A stretch of 52,898 nt of DNA from an uncultured Eubacteriales bacterium (GCA_900319955.1 ONQM01000015.1:1-52898), one strand, 5' to 3'; counted from the first letter of the stretch, positions 38,609-48,432 are shown. Made by a program: numbers and translations. Notes: a model not told the origin generated them from the letters alone.

Positions 38609-39877
38609 TCAATTGCCTAAATAAGTAATCCTAGCATATCCATTACCTGAATGTCCTACTGCAGTAGAACCATCTGGTTGAGGCTGTCCTACATATTCTT
38701 CCTTTTCAGTAGTCCAGTTATATCCTGCTCCATCTATCATTACTGTATCTGTAAATATATAGTTACTATAATGGTAAGAACATGTTATATCTGTTGTTCC
38801 ATCTGTACAAGTATTACCACTAGAATCCATTCTTTGTTTTATATTATCTTCAGTTGAATCTTCTGTTATTGCTACACATCCATTATGTCCTGAAATGAAA
38901 GATGATCCTCCGCCACCACCATGACCTGTACCGCCAACAGTTGTTCCACCACCAGGACCACCTCCATAATAACCAGAACCGCCACCACCAGCACCAACTA
39001 GACTTGAATAATTAATTGAATTTCCGCCAACTCCAAATGTGCCTGATGTGGATAAATTATTTTCAGTTACAATTATTCCTGCACCTAGACCTAGATTTTT
39101 TCCAACTTTTCCACCAGAAGTTTGTGTTGCACCAAATCCATAGCATTCAAGATCACCATGAGCTTGATAGTAATTTCCATTATATCCTTTTAGACCACCT
39201 GCAATGCTATTATTATCACTATATGAATATATTCCATCTCCGCCGCCTCCGCCAGCAACAAGAATTCTAGATTTTAATGAATTAAAGTTATTCCAACTTC
39301 CACCATTTAATCTGACATCTGTAGCTCCACCACCGCCAGCACCTTGATTATGTTCTGTACTATAAACTTTTTGAGGTTCTAAATACCCTGTTTCATTATC
39401 ATTGCCTAACAAAGTTCCATAACCACCAGAACCGCCACCATTAAAAGAAACTAAAAAATCATATTTTCCCGTTTGGCCAACATAAACATAGATTATTTTA
39501 TCTTTATCAATTTTTAGTATTCCAGATACATATGCACCAGTTGAATATTTACCATATCGACCAGGAATCTCAGGTTCAGAGTTATTCCACGTGTAAGAAT
39601 CTCTTGCTACTCCTCCACTTGCTCCCCAAAGTTCAATTTTATATTTTCCAGTTTTAGGTACTATAAAGGTTTGTTTTCCTCCGGTGTAATCAAAATTATA
39701 GATTCCACCAGACTTGATTGCTATTTTATTTTTACTGTTAATAGATTTTGTGAATAAAGCATTACTACTGCCAATTATTCTTATACAATTAACTATTGTT
39801 AATACTGAAAATATAACTATACTTGTTTTTAATATTTTAATTATATTTTTTTCTTTATTATTCATCATAATCACCAT
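38609..39877 (-). CDS. secreted glycine-rich-domain protein
   Basis: 422 aa with an N-terminal TM/signal segment and a SipW-type-like motif (..IGSSNALFTKS..). It then shows FDYTGGKQTFIVPKTGKYKIELWGASGG.. and long GGGG/GxGG tracts. Confidence 0.65.
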   Translation of the reverse strand: MVIMMNNKEKNIIKILKTSIVIFSVLTIVNCIRIIGSSNALFTKSINSKNKIAIKSGGIYNFDYTGGKQTFIVPKTGKYKIELWGASGGVARDSYTWNNSEPEIPGRYGKYSTGAYVSGILKIDKDKIIYVYVGQTGKYDFLVSFNGGGSGGYGTLLGNDNETGYLEPQKVYSTEHNQGAGGGGATDVRLNGGSWNNFNSLKSRILVAGGGGGDGIYSYSDNNSIAGGLKGYNGNYYQAHGDLECYGFGATQTSGGKVGKNLGLGAGIIVTENNLSTSGTFGVGGNSINYSSLVGAGGGGSGYYGGGPGGGTTVGGTGHGGGGGSSFISGHNGCVAITEDSTEDNIKQRMDSSGNTCTDGTTDITCSYHYSNYIFTDTVMIDGAGYNWTTEKEEYVGQPQPDGSTAVGHSGNGYARITYLGN

Positions 39878-39941
39878 TTATTCTTTCTGTCGAGATTCGA
39901 CTTTTATTATAAATTTAATTATAGCATACTTTAATTAAATT

Positions 39942-40229
39942 GTGGTGATTAAAGTGAAAAAAATTTATGATGAAAACAATATTTATCAGAATATAGGTAA
40001 CAATTTAAAGAAACTATATTCTAAAATTTCAGATAAAAATTATAAAAACAAAACTGATAAACTAGAAATGGTAAGTTCAGAAATAGGTATATCAGCATCT
40101 TTCCTACAACATATTATAAATGGAACAAATAAAAATCAAAGACCATCTCTTCCAACTTTAGTCGCTATATGTAATTATTTTGAAATAAATATTGATGAAT
40201 TACTAAAAGATAATAATCAAAAAGGCTAA
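39942..40229 (+). CDS. XRE-family helix-turn-helix regulator
   Basis: 95 aa (GTG start). The HTH reads ..MVSSEIGISASFLQHIINGT.. and ..LPTLVAICNYFEINIDELL. It is divergent from the glycine-rich gene, with a 64-nt gap. Confidence 0.75.
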   Translation: MVIKVKKIYDENNIYQNIGNNLKKLYSKISDKNYKNKTDKLEMVSSEIGISASFLQHIINGTNKNQRPSLPTLVAICNYFEINIDELLKDNNQKG

Positions 40230-40490
40230 TAGTTAATCACTCTATTAGTCTTTTAAAATTTAATAAATTTCTTATTGACAATCATATATCTTATCTATTA
40301 CTATAATTAACAAGAAGTATTAAACTGTTTAAGTGTTCTCCTAACTTAAATATCATTAAGAAAGGAAAGAACTCTTATATTTAAAATAAACAAGAAGAAT
40401 TTTTTAATAACTATACTTGTATTAATTGATTTATTACAAGCTGCAGCTTTGATTATTCTTGCTTTATAAGGCTAAGAGTTTGGTTGAATA

Positions 40491-40710
40491 TAAAAATCGC
40501 ACTTAAATAAAGTGCGATACCATAAACAATATGGAGAACACCGAAAAGTTTGATGCTTCTCTTTTTTTATGTTCTTCCAATCACTAAATTATTAATGAAA
40601 TAAGAGAAATTAATATTGAAGATTAATAAGAAAAATCTTTTAAATATAATCCCACCAGATTATAACTTTTTTGAATTCTCCAATTCATTATATGCAAGAA
40701 TTCTCTTGCT
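40491..40710 (-). ncRNA. candidate orphan small RNA (own promoter and terminator)
   Basis: On the minus strand: TTGAAA (40745-40740), 17 nt, then TAATAT (40722-40717). An 8-bp hairpin ATCGCACT..AGTGCGAT (40496-40518) has a T-tail. Only a 21-codon ORF lies inside. A long-range pairing GGAGAA..TTCTCC is present. Confidence 0.3.
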
Positions 40711-40747
40711 ATTTAAATATTAACATAAATAAGTTTATATTTCAAGT

Positions 40748-40778
40748 AAGAAAAAGAAGTCCAATTATTTAGACTTCT
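40748..40778 (-). terminator. rho-independent terminator of htrA
   Basis: AGAAGTC..GACTTCT hairpin spanning the stop codon, followed by a T-rich tail on the minus strand. Confidence 0.6.
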
Positions 40779-41868
40779 GTAAAGTAACCTTAGTAGTACG
40801 TTCTTTTTTATCTCTTAAATAAGTTATTTCAATAGTATCACCAGGTTTATACTTATAAAGTTCATATCTTAAGTAAGCTATATTCTTAACTTTTTCTTTA
40901 TTAATAGCAGTTATAATATCACCTTTTTGTAAATCAGATCTAGCCGCTCCAGATCCTTTAGAAACATCAATTACAACAACACCATCAGTAGAACCATCTG
41001 TAATATCAATACCGCTTCTATATAGATATGTAGTATCAGTAACATTAAGCATAGAAATACCTAAAACTGGCCACTCTATTTCTTTTCCCTGCTCTAGATT
41101 CTCAATATGACTCATTGCATATTCAATTGGAATAGCAAATCCCATACCTTCAATTTCTTGATCTACAAGTTTCATTGAAACAATGCCAATAACTTCACCA
41201 TTACTATTAAGAAGTGGTCCTCCAGAGTTACCAGGATTTACCGCAGCATCTATTTGTAAAACTTTCATAACATAATCAGATGTTTCACTATTATTTCCAA
41301 CTGAAACAGACACCATTCTATCTTTTCCAGAAAGAATACCAGATGTAACAGTTCCTCTATACTCATATCCCATAGGAGTACCAATAGTAAATATAGTATC
41401 ACCTACTTTAGACTTTTCACTAGAAGATATTATTGCAACACCCTTGATCTTATTCTTATCCATTCTAATAACAGCAAGATCAAGATACTCATCAGACCCA
41501 AGAACCTTACCTTCTACTTCAGAGTCATCACTCATAACAAGAACAATCTTATTGCATCCATCAATAACATGTTCGTTTGTCATAACATATGCATACTTAT
41601 CATCTGCCTTATAAACAAAACCCGTTCCAGTAGAAGACATATCATTACCCTTATATCCTTCTATCATTACAACAGAGTCTTTAGCCTTATCAACACTAGA
41701 TGCTAGACTATTTTTTTCTATTATAGTCTTACCACTATAGTTCTTAATTACATTATTAGTAGAACCACCATTATTAAATAATCCAGTATACTTATAAAGT
41801 AATCCAACAATTAATATTCCTATTACTATACCTAAAACAATGTACAGAATTTTATTCATTTTCTTCAT
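40765..41868 (-). CDS. htrA: HtrA/DegP-family serine protease with PDZ domain
   Basis: 367 aa with an N-terminal TM helix, the catalytic motifs TNEHVI, ..DLAV.. and GNSGGPL, and a C-terminal PDZ domain. Confidence 0.92.
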   Translation of the reverse strand: MKKMNKILYIVLGIVIGILIVGLLYKYTGLFNNGGSTNNVIKNYSGKTIIEKNSLASSVDKAKDSVVMIEGYKGNDMSSTGTGFVYKADDKYAYVMTNEHVIDGCNKIVLVMSDDSEVEGKVLGSDEYLDLAVIRMDKNKIKGVAIISSSEKSKVGDTIFTIGTPMGYEYRGTVTSGILSGKDRMVSVSVGNNSETSDYVMKVLQIDAAVNPGNSGGPLLNSNGEVIGIVSMKLVDQEIEGMGFAIPIEYAMSHIENLEQGKEIEWPVLGISMLNVTDTTYLYRSGIDITDGSTDGVVVIDVSKGSGAARSDLQKGDIITAINKEKVKNIAYLRYELYKYKPGDTIEITYLRDKKERTTKVTLQKSK

Positions 41869-42814
41869 CTGTTATATAACTCCTTTCTATATTCATAATA
41901 TCACTCCAGTTAGAAGGAAATCCCATCTTTCTAAGTACTTTATCAACACTTATTGTATGAAGGTTATGACTAAGCTCATCAACAACATGTTCTATTTCAA
42001 TAATCATGTTTGTAAATTCATCACCTCTTAACATATCCTTCATTATAATTATTAGTGCATATAAATCATTCTTACCATATATATATTCGCCATCTTTTTT
42101 TTCTATGTCTAATACCCTATGAAAAATAGTATCATCAATAGACTTCTGTGATCTATTATCAAATAAAATATCTTCATGAGCACATAAGTTTCTATAATTA
42201 GCAAGAATTGGTAAATAAGTAATTAAAGTATTTTTATCAATATGATAAACATCTGCAATAGCTTTCTGATCTTCTGGCTTTAATATTGAATACATCTCGC
42301 ATACTATTCCAAACGATAAAACTTTAACAAGTATCCATAAAGGAATATATCCGTAATTATTAGCATAATGAAGTGTAGCAGAATGTTCTCTTCCATTTAT
42401 TCTTATCTGTCTTTTCATCTTAGAAATTAAATCTTTAACTTGCCTTCTTCTTTCAGGATCACTTGTAAAGTTTTTCTCTTTCAAATAATCTTTCTCTTTA
42501 TAACCATACTTCTTAGAAAGTTGATAAGAAGAAATAGACTTTAAGTTATTCTCAATAACAAGTAAATTCTTAAATAGTATATTTCTAAGCTTTCTATCAA
42601 ACAAGAACATACTATAAAGCTCTTCAAAAGTAGTGCCTTCTTTGTATCTTCTATCCTCTTCAGACACAAGAAATAAATGTCTATATCCATTTAAAAAGAA
42701 ATAATTTTCTCTTAAAAGAATATCTTTAGCATACTTTTCATTCCGAATAACAAGACCCTTATACTCAAGAATCTTTATTTGTTCATCCAAACTCTTAAAT
42801 CTTTTCTCAATCAT
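41852..42814 (-). CDS. Abi_2 (AbiD/AbiF-like) abortive-infection family protein
   Basis: 320 aa. The N-terminus ..LDEQIKILEYKGLVI.NEKYAKDILLRENYFFLNGYRHLF and ..RNLCAHEDILFD.. are characteristic of the Abi_2 family. A TGgTATAAT extended -10 lies upstream. Confidence 0.75.
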   Translation of the reverse strand: MIEKRFKSLDEQIKILEYKGLVIRNEKYAKDILLRENYFFLNGYRHLFLVSEEDRRYKEGTTFEELYSMFLFDRKLRNILFKNLLVIENNLKSISSYQLSKKYGYKEKDYLKEKNFTSDPERRRQVKDLISKMKRQIRINGREHSATLHYANNYGYIPLWILVKVLSFGIVCEMYSILKPEDQKAIADVYHIDKNTLITYLPILANYRNLCAHEDILFDNRSQKSIDDTIFHRVLDIEKKDGEYIYGKNDLYALIIIMKDMLRGDEFTNMIIEIEHVVDELSHNLHTISVDKVLRKMGFPSNWSDIMNIERSYITDEENE

Positions 42815-42921
42815 CTAATCACCACTTACTATATGATTATACCATATTTTTATAAATAAAATGTGAAATATTAATGAAATTATGTAAAGAAAGGAAAAGA
42901 AATATAAAACATTGTCATCTA

Positions 42922-42953
42922 GCAAAGTATTGAAAAATAAGGGTAAAAATAAG
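42922..42953 (+). repeat. copy 1 of the 32-nt intergenic motif (downstream flank of T7SS module)
   Basis: GCAAAGTATTGAAAAATAAGGGTAAAAATAAGA. About 30/33 identical to the copy at 48535, in the same orientation. Confidence 0.7.
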
Positions 42954-42991
42954 ATCCTGGTAAATCTGACATGCATCCTATTTTTTACAAG

Positions 42992-43018
42992 AAAAAAAGT
43001 AGATCGCAAAAATCTACT
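42992..43018 (-). terminator. rho-independent terminator of the T7SS operon
   Basis: AGTAGAT, a 7-nt loop, then ATCTACT, followed by T7 on the minus strand. It overlaps the stop of the 46-aa ORF. Confidence 0.75.
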
Positions 43019-43154
43019 TTTGAGAGTCATAAATTATATCATCCATACTCTTTGTTACATCTTCTTTTGAATATCTTTTAGATGCATTATTAATTTCTTC
43101 TTCGGCTTCCTTTAAACACTTATAAATATACTCATTTATATCTTTATTCTTCAT
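43014..43154 (-). CDS. 46-aa helical protein in T7SS operon
   Basis: My translation reads MKNKDINEYIYKCLKEAEEEINNASKRYSKEDVTKSMDDIIYDSQK. It starts 1 nt after the stop of the upstream ORF. Confidence 0.45.
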   Translation of the reverse strand: MKNKDINEYIYKCLKEAEEEINNASKRYSKEDVTKSMDDIIYDSQK

Positions 43155-43155
43155 A

Positions 43156-43383
43156 TTACTCACTAACCTCTTTTAATCTTTCTAATGCTTTATCAGCATC
43201 TCTATTAAGAGAAAGAGTAGAATTAAGATATTCAATATAACTATCAAGTTCTTCAGTAAAACGCTTCATTTTAGATGTATTTGCACTTCCCATATTATTA
43301 AGAATTATTTTTAAATTGTCATTAGCAGCCTTAAGTGTATTAGAAAGTGATTCAAAATCTTCATACTTTAAATTACCTATCAT
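43156..43383 (-). CDS. 75-aa helix-turn-helix-hairpin protein, possible WXG100-like T7SS substrate (no WXG)
   Basis: Track ORF with two predicted helices separated by ..NNMGSANTS.. It sits in the operon position typical of Esx-like proteins. Confidence 0.45.
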   Translation of the reverse strand: MIGNLKYEDFESLSNTLKAANDNLKIILNNMGSANTSKMKRFTEELDSYIEYLNSTLSLNRDADKALERLKEVSE

Positions 43384-43547
43384 TTAGAATCACTACCTTC
43401 CGCTGCAAGCTCAACTGCATCACTTTTATATTCTTCTAAATTATTAATCATATTAATATTATCATTATCTTGATAATTAGTCTTTAAAGACTCTAAACAA
43501 GTAAATATAATATTAACCATTTTTTGATAATTTTCCATGTTACTCAT
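43380..43547 (-). CDS. 55-aa helical protein in T7SS operon
   Basis: My translation reads MSNMENYQKMVNIIFTCLESLKTNYQDNDNINMINNLEEYKSDAVELAAEGSDSK. Its TGA overlaps the next ATG (ATGA). Confidence 0.45.
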   Translation of the reverse strand: MSNMENYQKMVNIIFTCLESLKTNYQDNDNINMINNLEEYKSDAVELAAEGSDSK

Positions 43548-43555
43548 AATATCAC

Positions 43556-43807
43556 CTACACTAAAATTATTTTTGAAGCATTCTTTAAATCTGTATCTTT
43601 AACAAGAAGCTGAAAATCATATTCTTTACCAGTATCTTTACTATAAAAGTTGCTATCATCTTTTATTTCATAGCCAATCATTTCTTCTAATGATTTTTCA
43701 ATGATAGATTTTATAGTACCAATTCTTTTATTAATTGGAATAAAGATATCATACTCTCTTTCATATTCAGGAAGATAAAGTTCAATAAGTATTTTATTTT
43801 TATCCAT
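43556..43807 (-). CDS. esaB: YukD/EsaB-like ubiquitin-fold T7SS protein
   Basis: 83 aa. The pattern ..ELYLPEYEREYDIFIPINKRIGTIK.. and ..LKNASKIILV fits the EsaB/YukD beta-grasp. It overlaps the essC stop by 8 nt. Confidence 0.65.
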   Translation of the reverse strand: MDKNKILIELYLPEYEREYDIFIPINKRIGTIKSIIEKSLEEMIGYEIKDDSNFYSKDTGKEYDFQLLVKDTDLKNASKIILV

Positions 43808-46800
43808 CGTATATATCTCCTTCCAAAAGCTTAATTATAATAGGGCGACTCTTAACAAGAAGTACTCCAAATCCTGAATCAAGCTCTCCTCTAAGTTCAC
43901 TTGGACTACTAGCAAGTTTAAGAGTAAACTGATCAAGTATTCCACTACCAAGCCATAACACATTAGATAAATCAAGATTATCTTTAAGCCATAACTCAAA
44001 TGATAAGTTCTTAACTTTATCTATATTATCAACAATAACAAGCTTTAAATTATCTCTATCACCAATTGTTTTTAATGCATCAGTAAATGCAGTCTTAACA
44101 GCAGGATCAAGCTTAGAAAGTAAATCAGTAAATCCAACAAACATAATAGTATTAACACTATCATTTTTAGAAATTGTATTAGTTAACTCTTTAACAGAAT
44201 CATCAAATGAATCACTAATAACGTCATATGAATCAGTTTCATACATAATATCCATTGTATCAAATACTGTTACATTATTACCATCAATCATAGAAAGAGT
44301 TGTAGCAAGATTATTTATAAAGTCAGGGTATTCATCAACTGATGTACCAGTAACAGTATAAACTTTCTCTTTATCCATATTAACCGCAGCAATTCTTAAA
44401 GAATCTTTTTCAATACCAAGTGGAACAGTTGTAAATGTACCAATTGCATTCTTAACAGTATCTTGAGTAATATTTGCAGGTAGAACTGGTATTCTAGGAG
44501 CACGAGTTTTAAATATTCCATTTAACTTTTTACAAACAACTTTAACATATTCACTTAACTTAGCATTAGGATAAGCATAAGCAGTTTGGAACTCAAATAA
44601 ATCCTCTCTATTAACAAGTCCTCTACCATAAATCTTAGATGGATACTTCTTATGAACATTACCAAGAATTGCAGAATAGTCACTTTCATCATTAAACTGA
44701 AGAACAATATTTTGTGGGAAGTTCTGTCTTATTCTATATCTTAAAGATGTTGTAGTACCTGCTGTAACAACAAACTCTATTCCATACTTGTTCGCTTCTC
44801 TTGTAAGAGTAGAAAGATCATCCGTATAAGCATCAAATGTTTCACTAAATGCATCATAGTTATTAATAACAACAACAATTATTGGAAGAGTCTTACCACT
44901 ATGTTTGATATAGAAATCATAATCTCCGTTATAATCAACAAATAACTTCTTACGTTCTTCAAGCTTTCTATTAAGCATCTTAAGAAGATTAGCAACCTTT
45001 TCTTCATCAGTTGAAAGAATAATATCACCAACTTGAGGAGCATCTTTAAAGTTTCTTAAAGTTTCAGCACCAAAATCCATAATATAAAGGTTAACCTCAT
45101 CAGGAGAATGATCTGTTATAATACTATAAATCATTGTAGTAAGAGCAAGCTCCTTACCAGATCCAGCACTACCATAAATAATTGCACTACCTTCTCTAGA
45201 AAGAGGAAGAGTAAGTAAATCTTGTCTCTGATTATTAGGATCATCAAGTTCACCAATTATTGGATTAATATCATGTAAAAGAGGTGTATAATTATATTTT
45301 TTCTTAAGATCTTCAACAAATATTTCAGCAGGAATCTTAGGAAGCCATAAACGTCTAGCATACTTATTTTCCTTTTTAGCCTCATCACAAATATACTTAA
45401 CGATATTAGTAATTTCTTCACCCTGTGCTACTAACTTAACTTTTCTATTAGTACTATCTATACTTCTAATAACATTACCAACATCATCAATAAAATCGAT
45501 TCTCTCATCAATCTTTGTTTGAGACTTTTCTTGTGGATAATATTTAGCACCAGTCCATGCAGACTGACCCATTGCAAATAGTTCATTATAACCAACTTGT
45601 AAATAGAATCTACCAGTTTCCTTTAAAGCAGCAGCAACTGGAGACTTAATCATATCCATAGAGTCAGATCTGTCTTGAACCTTTAAACAAATTCTGAATT
45701 TAGAGTTAGACCAGATCTGATCATCAACAACACCAGCAGGCTTCTGAGTTGCAAGAATTAAGTGAACACCTAAGGAACGACCAATACGTGCAGTAGATAT
45801 AAGTTCATCCATAAAGTCAGGCTGTTGATCTTTAAGTTCTGCAAATTCATCAGATACAATAATCAAATGTGGAATAGGTTCCTTTACAAGACCTTCTTTA
45901 AATAAAGTCTGATACTTATAAATATCAATAGTACTTTCATTTAAAGCATCACGTGTTTCATTAAACTTCTTTTGTCTTCTTCTAAGCTCACTTTGAATAG
46001 ATGCTAAACTTCTGTAAATTTCTGCAGTATCAAGGTTTGTAATAGTTCCAGCAAGATGAGGAAGACGAAGACCTGTTTCTTTATTTTCAAAGGCACCAGC
46101 AAGTCCACCACCTTTATAATCGATAAGAATAAAACTAACTTCTTCTGGACTATAATTAAGAGCCATAGAAAGAATATAAGTAATAATAAGTTCACTTTTA
46201 CCAGAACCAGTCATACCAGCAATTAAGCCATGTGGTCCATGAGCTTTTTCATGTAAATCGAGTTTAAATAGTTCTCTATTCTTATCAACACCAATAGGAG
46301 CTTGAAGTGTCTTAGTAGGATTACTATTCTTCCATTTATTAAGTATATCCAGCTGCTCTACTTTACCACATTTATACATTTCAAGAAAACTAATCATATT
46401 AGGAAGTTCACTATTTTCTTTAGCAGTTTCAACAGGAATATTTGCAAGTACTTTAGCAACCTGATACATATCTATATTAGGATCATAATCTGCAATAAAC
46501 TCTTTCTGCTTATTAGAAACAATCTCATTTTCAAACACACCAGATTTAGCATCATTAATGCTTATAAATGTATGACACTCATTAGGAAGATTAGCAAGTC
46601 TATTATTAATAATTGTCATACTAAAACCACTATTAACACTAGCATCACATATATCCTTTATAATTTCAAGTTCACGTACTTGTTTAAAATCATCAATAAT
46701 GATAAAGAAATAAGGTGAAAAATTCTTATAATTTTTTTCATCATCGCTTAATGAAACAGTTCCTTCATCATCATTTGATGTTTCAGTTCTTTCTTGGAAT

Positions 46801-48371
46801 ACTTGTTCAAGAGCTAAACTAAGCTCTTTCGCCTCATCATTATTAGTAGAGAAAAATCTCATAGTTCTAGAATTATTCCATACATGAGGCATAGTCTTAA
46901 GATATTCCCATCTGCTTTCATTCTTAGAATTAGTAAATATAACAATTTTTAAATCAGTATAACTATGAAAAGTAACAAGCTGTAAAATTAAACCATCAAT
47001 AAATGCGTTTTTCTGTTTCCCTTCTCCAATAATTGCAGTTATATTGTTATTAACAAAAGATAAATTAATAGGAACATTTTCAAGTGTCTTAGACTCTTTA
47101 CCTAAGTCATTAACAAGTTTCATTAAATCATCTTCTTGCAGAGTAAATCTAGCTTCAGGATATTTAACACTACCACTAAACTCCTTATTACCAAGTCCAA
47201 GTCTTAAATCAAGAAAATCGCTTTGATCAATTTCTCTTTCCCATAGATTTCTTTTTCTTCCAACAGCAATGTTATATACCTCACCCAAGGATATATAATT
47301 TTCCTCTAAAACTTTCTTTTCATTTTCCATCTCAGTATGAATCTTTTCTCTTTTAGATTCAATATACTTTCTATACTTATCTTGTCTTAACTTTTCTTGC
47401 TTCTTAACCTTTCTCTTTTGAAATCTTCTATTAAGTAAAGGCCACATAATCATTGAAACAAGCATAAGAACGCACATAACAATTTGAATAGATGCTCCAC
47501 TATTATTACCAGATGATAAGCTAAATAAAGATCCATACCCCATAAATAGTGAAACCATTCCCATACTAAGCATAGGACCAATTACATATAAAAGTGGTGT
47601 ATCATCAGCTTCGTTTTTAGCAGGAGGAGCATCAATTGTTATTGAAACAGGCTCTATTCCAGCTTTAAATCTAGGAGATCTAAAGAAATAATCTTCTTCA
47701 TTATAAAAATCAATAACCTCTTCCTTACTATTACCTTCATCTATTGGAGGTTGTACTCTAGGATGTTTTATTTTAAATACACTATTATCCAAACTAACTA
47801 AAGAACCAATATTATTAATAATTAAAGAATTACCAACAGGTATAATCTTTAAACCCATTATAAAAATAATATCGCCATGATAAATTCTAGAATTAACCGC
47901 TAATCTATCATTAACATAAGTTCCATAACTAGTGCTATAATTTTCTAAATACCAAGTACCATTCTGATATATAAGTCCTGCATGTTTAGGAGATATTAAA
48001 GGATAATTATAATTAATCGCACATCCTCTTCCATTACCAATAATAAGTCTAGTGCCTTCCTGTACTTCAACTCTTACATTCTCTTCTCTATCAGGAGATG
48101 CATAAAGCATCATAAAATTATTTTCATTATTAATTCTTAAAAAATATAAATTATGTTCCCTAAGAGCAATAGAATCAATAACAGTTTTATTAGCAATTAT
48201 TTTAGTCTCAAAATTACTCTTTAAATATAAATCACCATCATGAGGCTCAACACTTACAAGATTTCTAGTATTACCCAGTCCATCAGTATCAGTAATCCAA
48301 AAAATCCCGTTAAGATTATCGGGTAATCTAAAATTATATATTTTTGTACGCTTTATAAGTCTAAGTATCAT
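43800..48371 (-). CDS. essC: type VII secretion FtsK/SpoIIIE-family ATPase EssC
   Basis: 1523 aa with N-terminal FHA-like repeats (..GDIIFIMGLKI..) and two TM helices around aa 260-320. There are three ATPase domains. D1 has Walker A GMTGSGKSE and Walker B IIVSDEF. D2 has GSAGSGKE. D3 has no P-loop. Confidence 0.9.
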   Translation of the reverse strand: MILRLIKRTKIYNFRLPDNLNGIFWITDTDGLGNTRNLVSVEPHDGDLYLKSNFETKIIANKTVIDSIALREHNLYFLRINNENNFMMLYASPDREENVRVEVQEGTRLIIGNGRGCAINYNYPLISPKHAGLIYQNGTWYLENYSTSYGTYVNDRLAVNSRIYHGDIIFIMGLKIIPVGNSLIINNIGSLVSLDNSVFKIKHPRVQPPIDEGNSKEEVIDFYNEEDYFFRSPRFKAGIEPVSITIDAPPAKNEADDTPLLYVIGPMLSMGMVSLFMGYGSLFSLSSGNNSGASIQIVMCVLMLVSMIMWPLLNRRFQKRKVKKQEKLRQDKYRKYIESKREKIHTEMENEKKVLEENYISLGEVYNIAVGRKRNLWEREIDQSDFLDLRLGLGNKEFSGSVKYPEARFTLQEDDLMKLVNDLGKESKTLENVPINLSFVNNNITAIIGEGKQKNAFIDGLILQLVTFHSYTDLKIVIFTNSKNESRWEYLKTMPHVWNNSRTMRFFSTNNDEAKELSLALEQVFQERTETSNDDEGTVSLSDDEKNYKNFSPYFFIIIDDFKQVRELEIIKDICDASVNSGFSMTIINNRLANLPNECHTFISINDAKSGVFENEIVSNKQKEFIADYDPNIDMYQVAKVLANIPVETAKENSELPNMISFLEMYKCGKVEQLDILNKWKNSNPTKTLQAPIGVDKNRELFKLDLHEKAHGPHGLIAGMTGSGKSELIITYILSMALNYSPEEVSFILIDYKGGGLAGAFENKETGLRLPHLAGTITNLDTAEIYRSLASIQSELRRRQKKFNETRDALNESTIDIYKYQTLFKEGLVKEPIPHLIIVSDEFAELKDQQPDFMDELISTARIGRSLGVHLILATQKPAGVVDDQIWSNSKFRICLKVQDRSDSMDMIKSPVAAALKETGRFYLQVGYNELFAMGQSAWTGAKYYPQEKSQTKIDERIDFIDDVGNVIRSIDSTNRKVKLVAQGEEITNIVKYICDEAKKENKYARRLWLPKIPAEIFVEDLKKKYNYTPLLHDINPIIGELDDPNNQRQDLLTLPLSREGSAIIYGSAGSGKELALTTMIYSIITDHSPDEVNLYIMDFGAETLRNFKDAPQVGDIILSTDEEKVANLLKMLNRKLEERKKLFVDYNGDYDFYIKHSGKTLPIIVVVINNYDAFSETFDAYTDDLSTLTREANKYGIEFVVTAGTTTSLRYRIRQNFPQNIVLQFNDESDYSAILGNVHKKYPSKIYGRGLVNREDLFEFQTAYAYPNAKLSEYVKVVCKKLNGIFKTRAPRIPVLPANITQDTVKNAIGTFTTVPLGIEKDSLRIAAVNMDKEKVYTVTGTSVDEYPDFINNLATTLSMIDGNNVTVFDTMDIMYETDSYDVISDSFDDSVKELTNTISKNDSVNTIMFVGFTDLLSKLDPAVKTAFTDALKTIGDRDNLKLVIVDNIDKVKNLSFELWLKDNLDLSNVLWLGSGILDQFTLKLASSPSELRGELDSGFGVLLVKSRPIIIKLLEGDIYDG

Positions 48372-48432
48372 TTTGTCACCCCAATTAGTATAAAAGTATA
48401 TAATATACCCTTTCTACTTTTCTTCCATCTTA

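Noticed and set aside
38609-39877. Glycine-rich gene as a second DGR variable-repeat target
   Set aside because: Its GC-rich GGx tracts have no alignment to the TR block (no AGCGCCGCCGCCGTTGACG-like match and no GGGGTTCGCCCGG end). The similarity is compositional only.
14397-40350. 12-nt match GAGAACACTTAA (14407 region) against its reverse complement near 40331
   Set aside because: A 12-mer coincidence is expected by chance in 53 kb of AT-rich sequence on two strands, and there is no extended similarity.
40350-40469. Hydrophobic 39-codon open frame (..KKNFLITILVLIDLLQAAALIILAL) as a second toxin-like peptide
   Set aside because: There is no ATG, GTG or TTG start in the open frame and no properly spaced Shine-Dalgarno.
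42815-43030. 71-aa track ORF between abi and the T7SS operon
   Set aside because: It spans the operon terminator hairpin and the 32-nt repeat motif. It has no Shine-Dalgarno and an implausible Phe/Leu-rich sequence. The region is better explained as intergenic.
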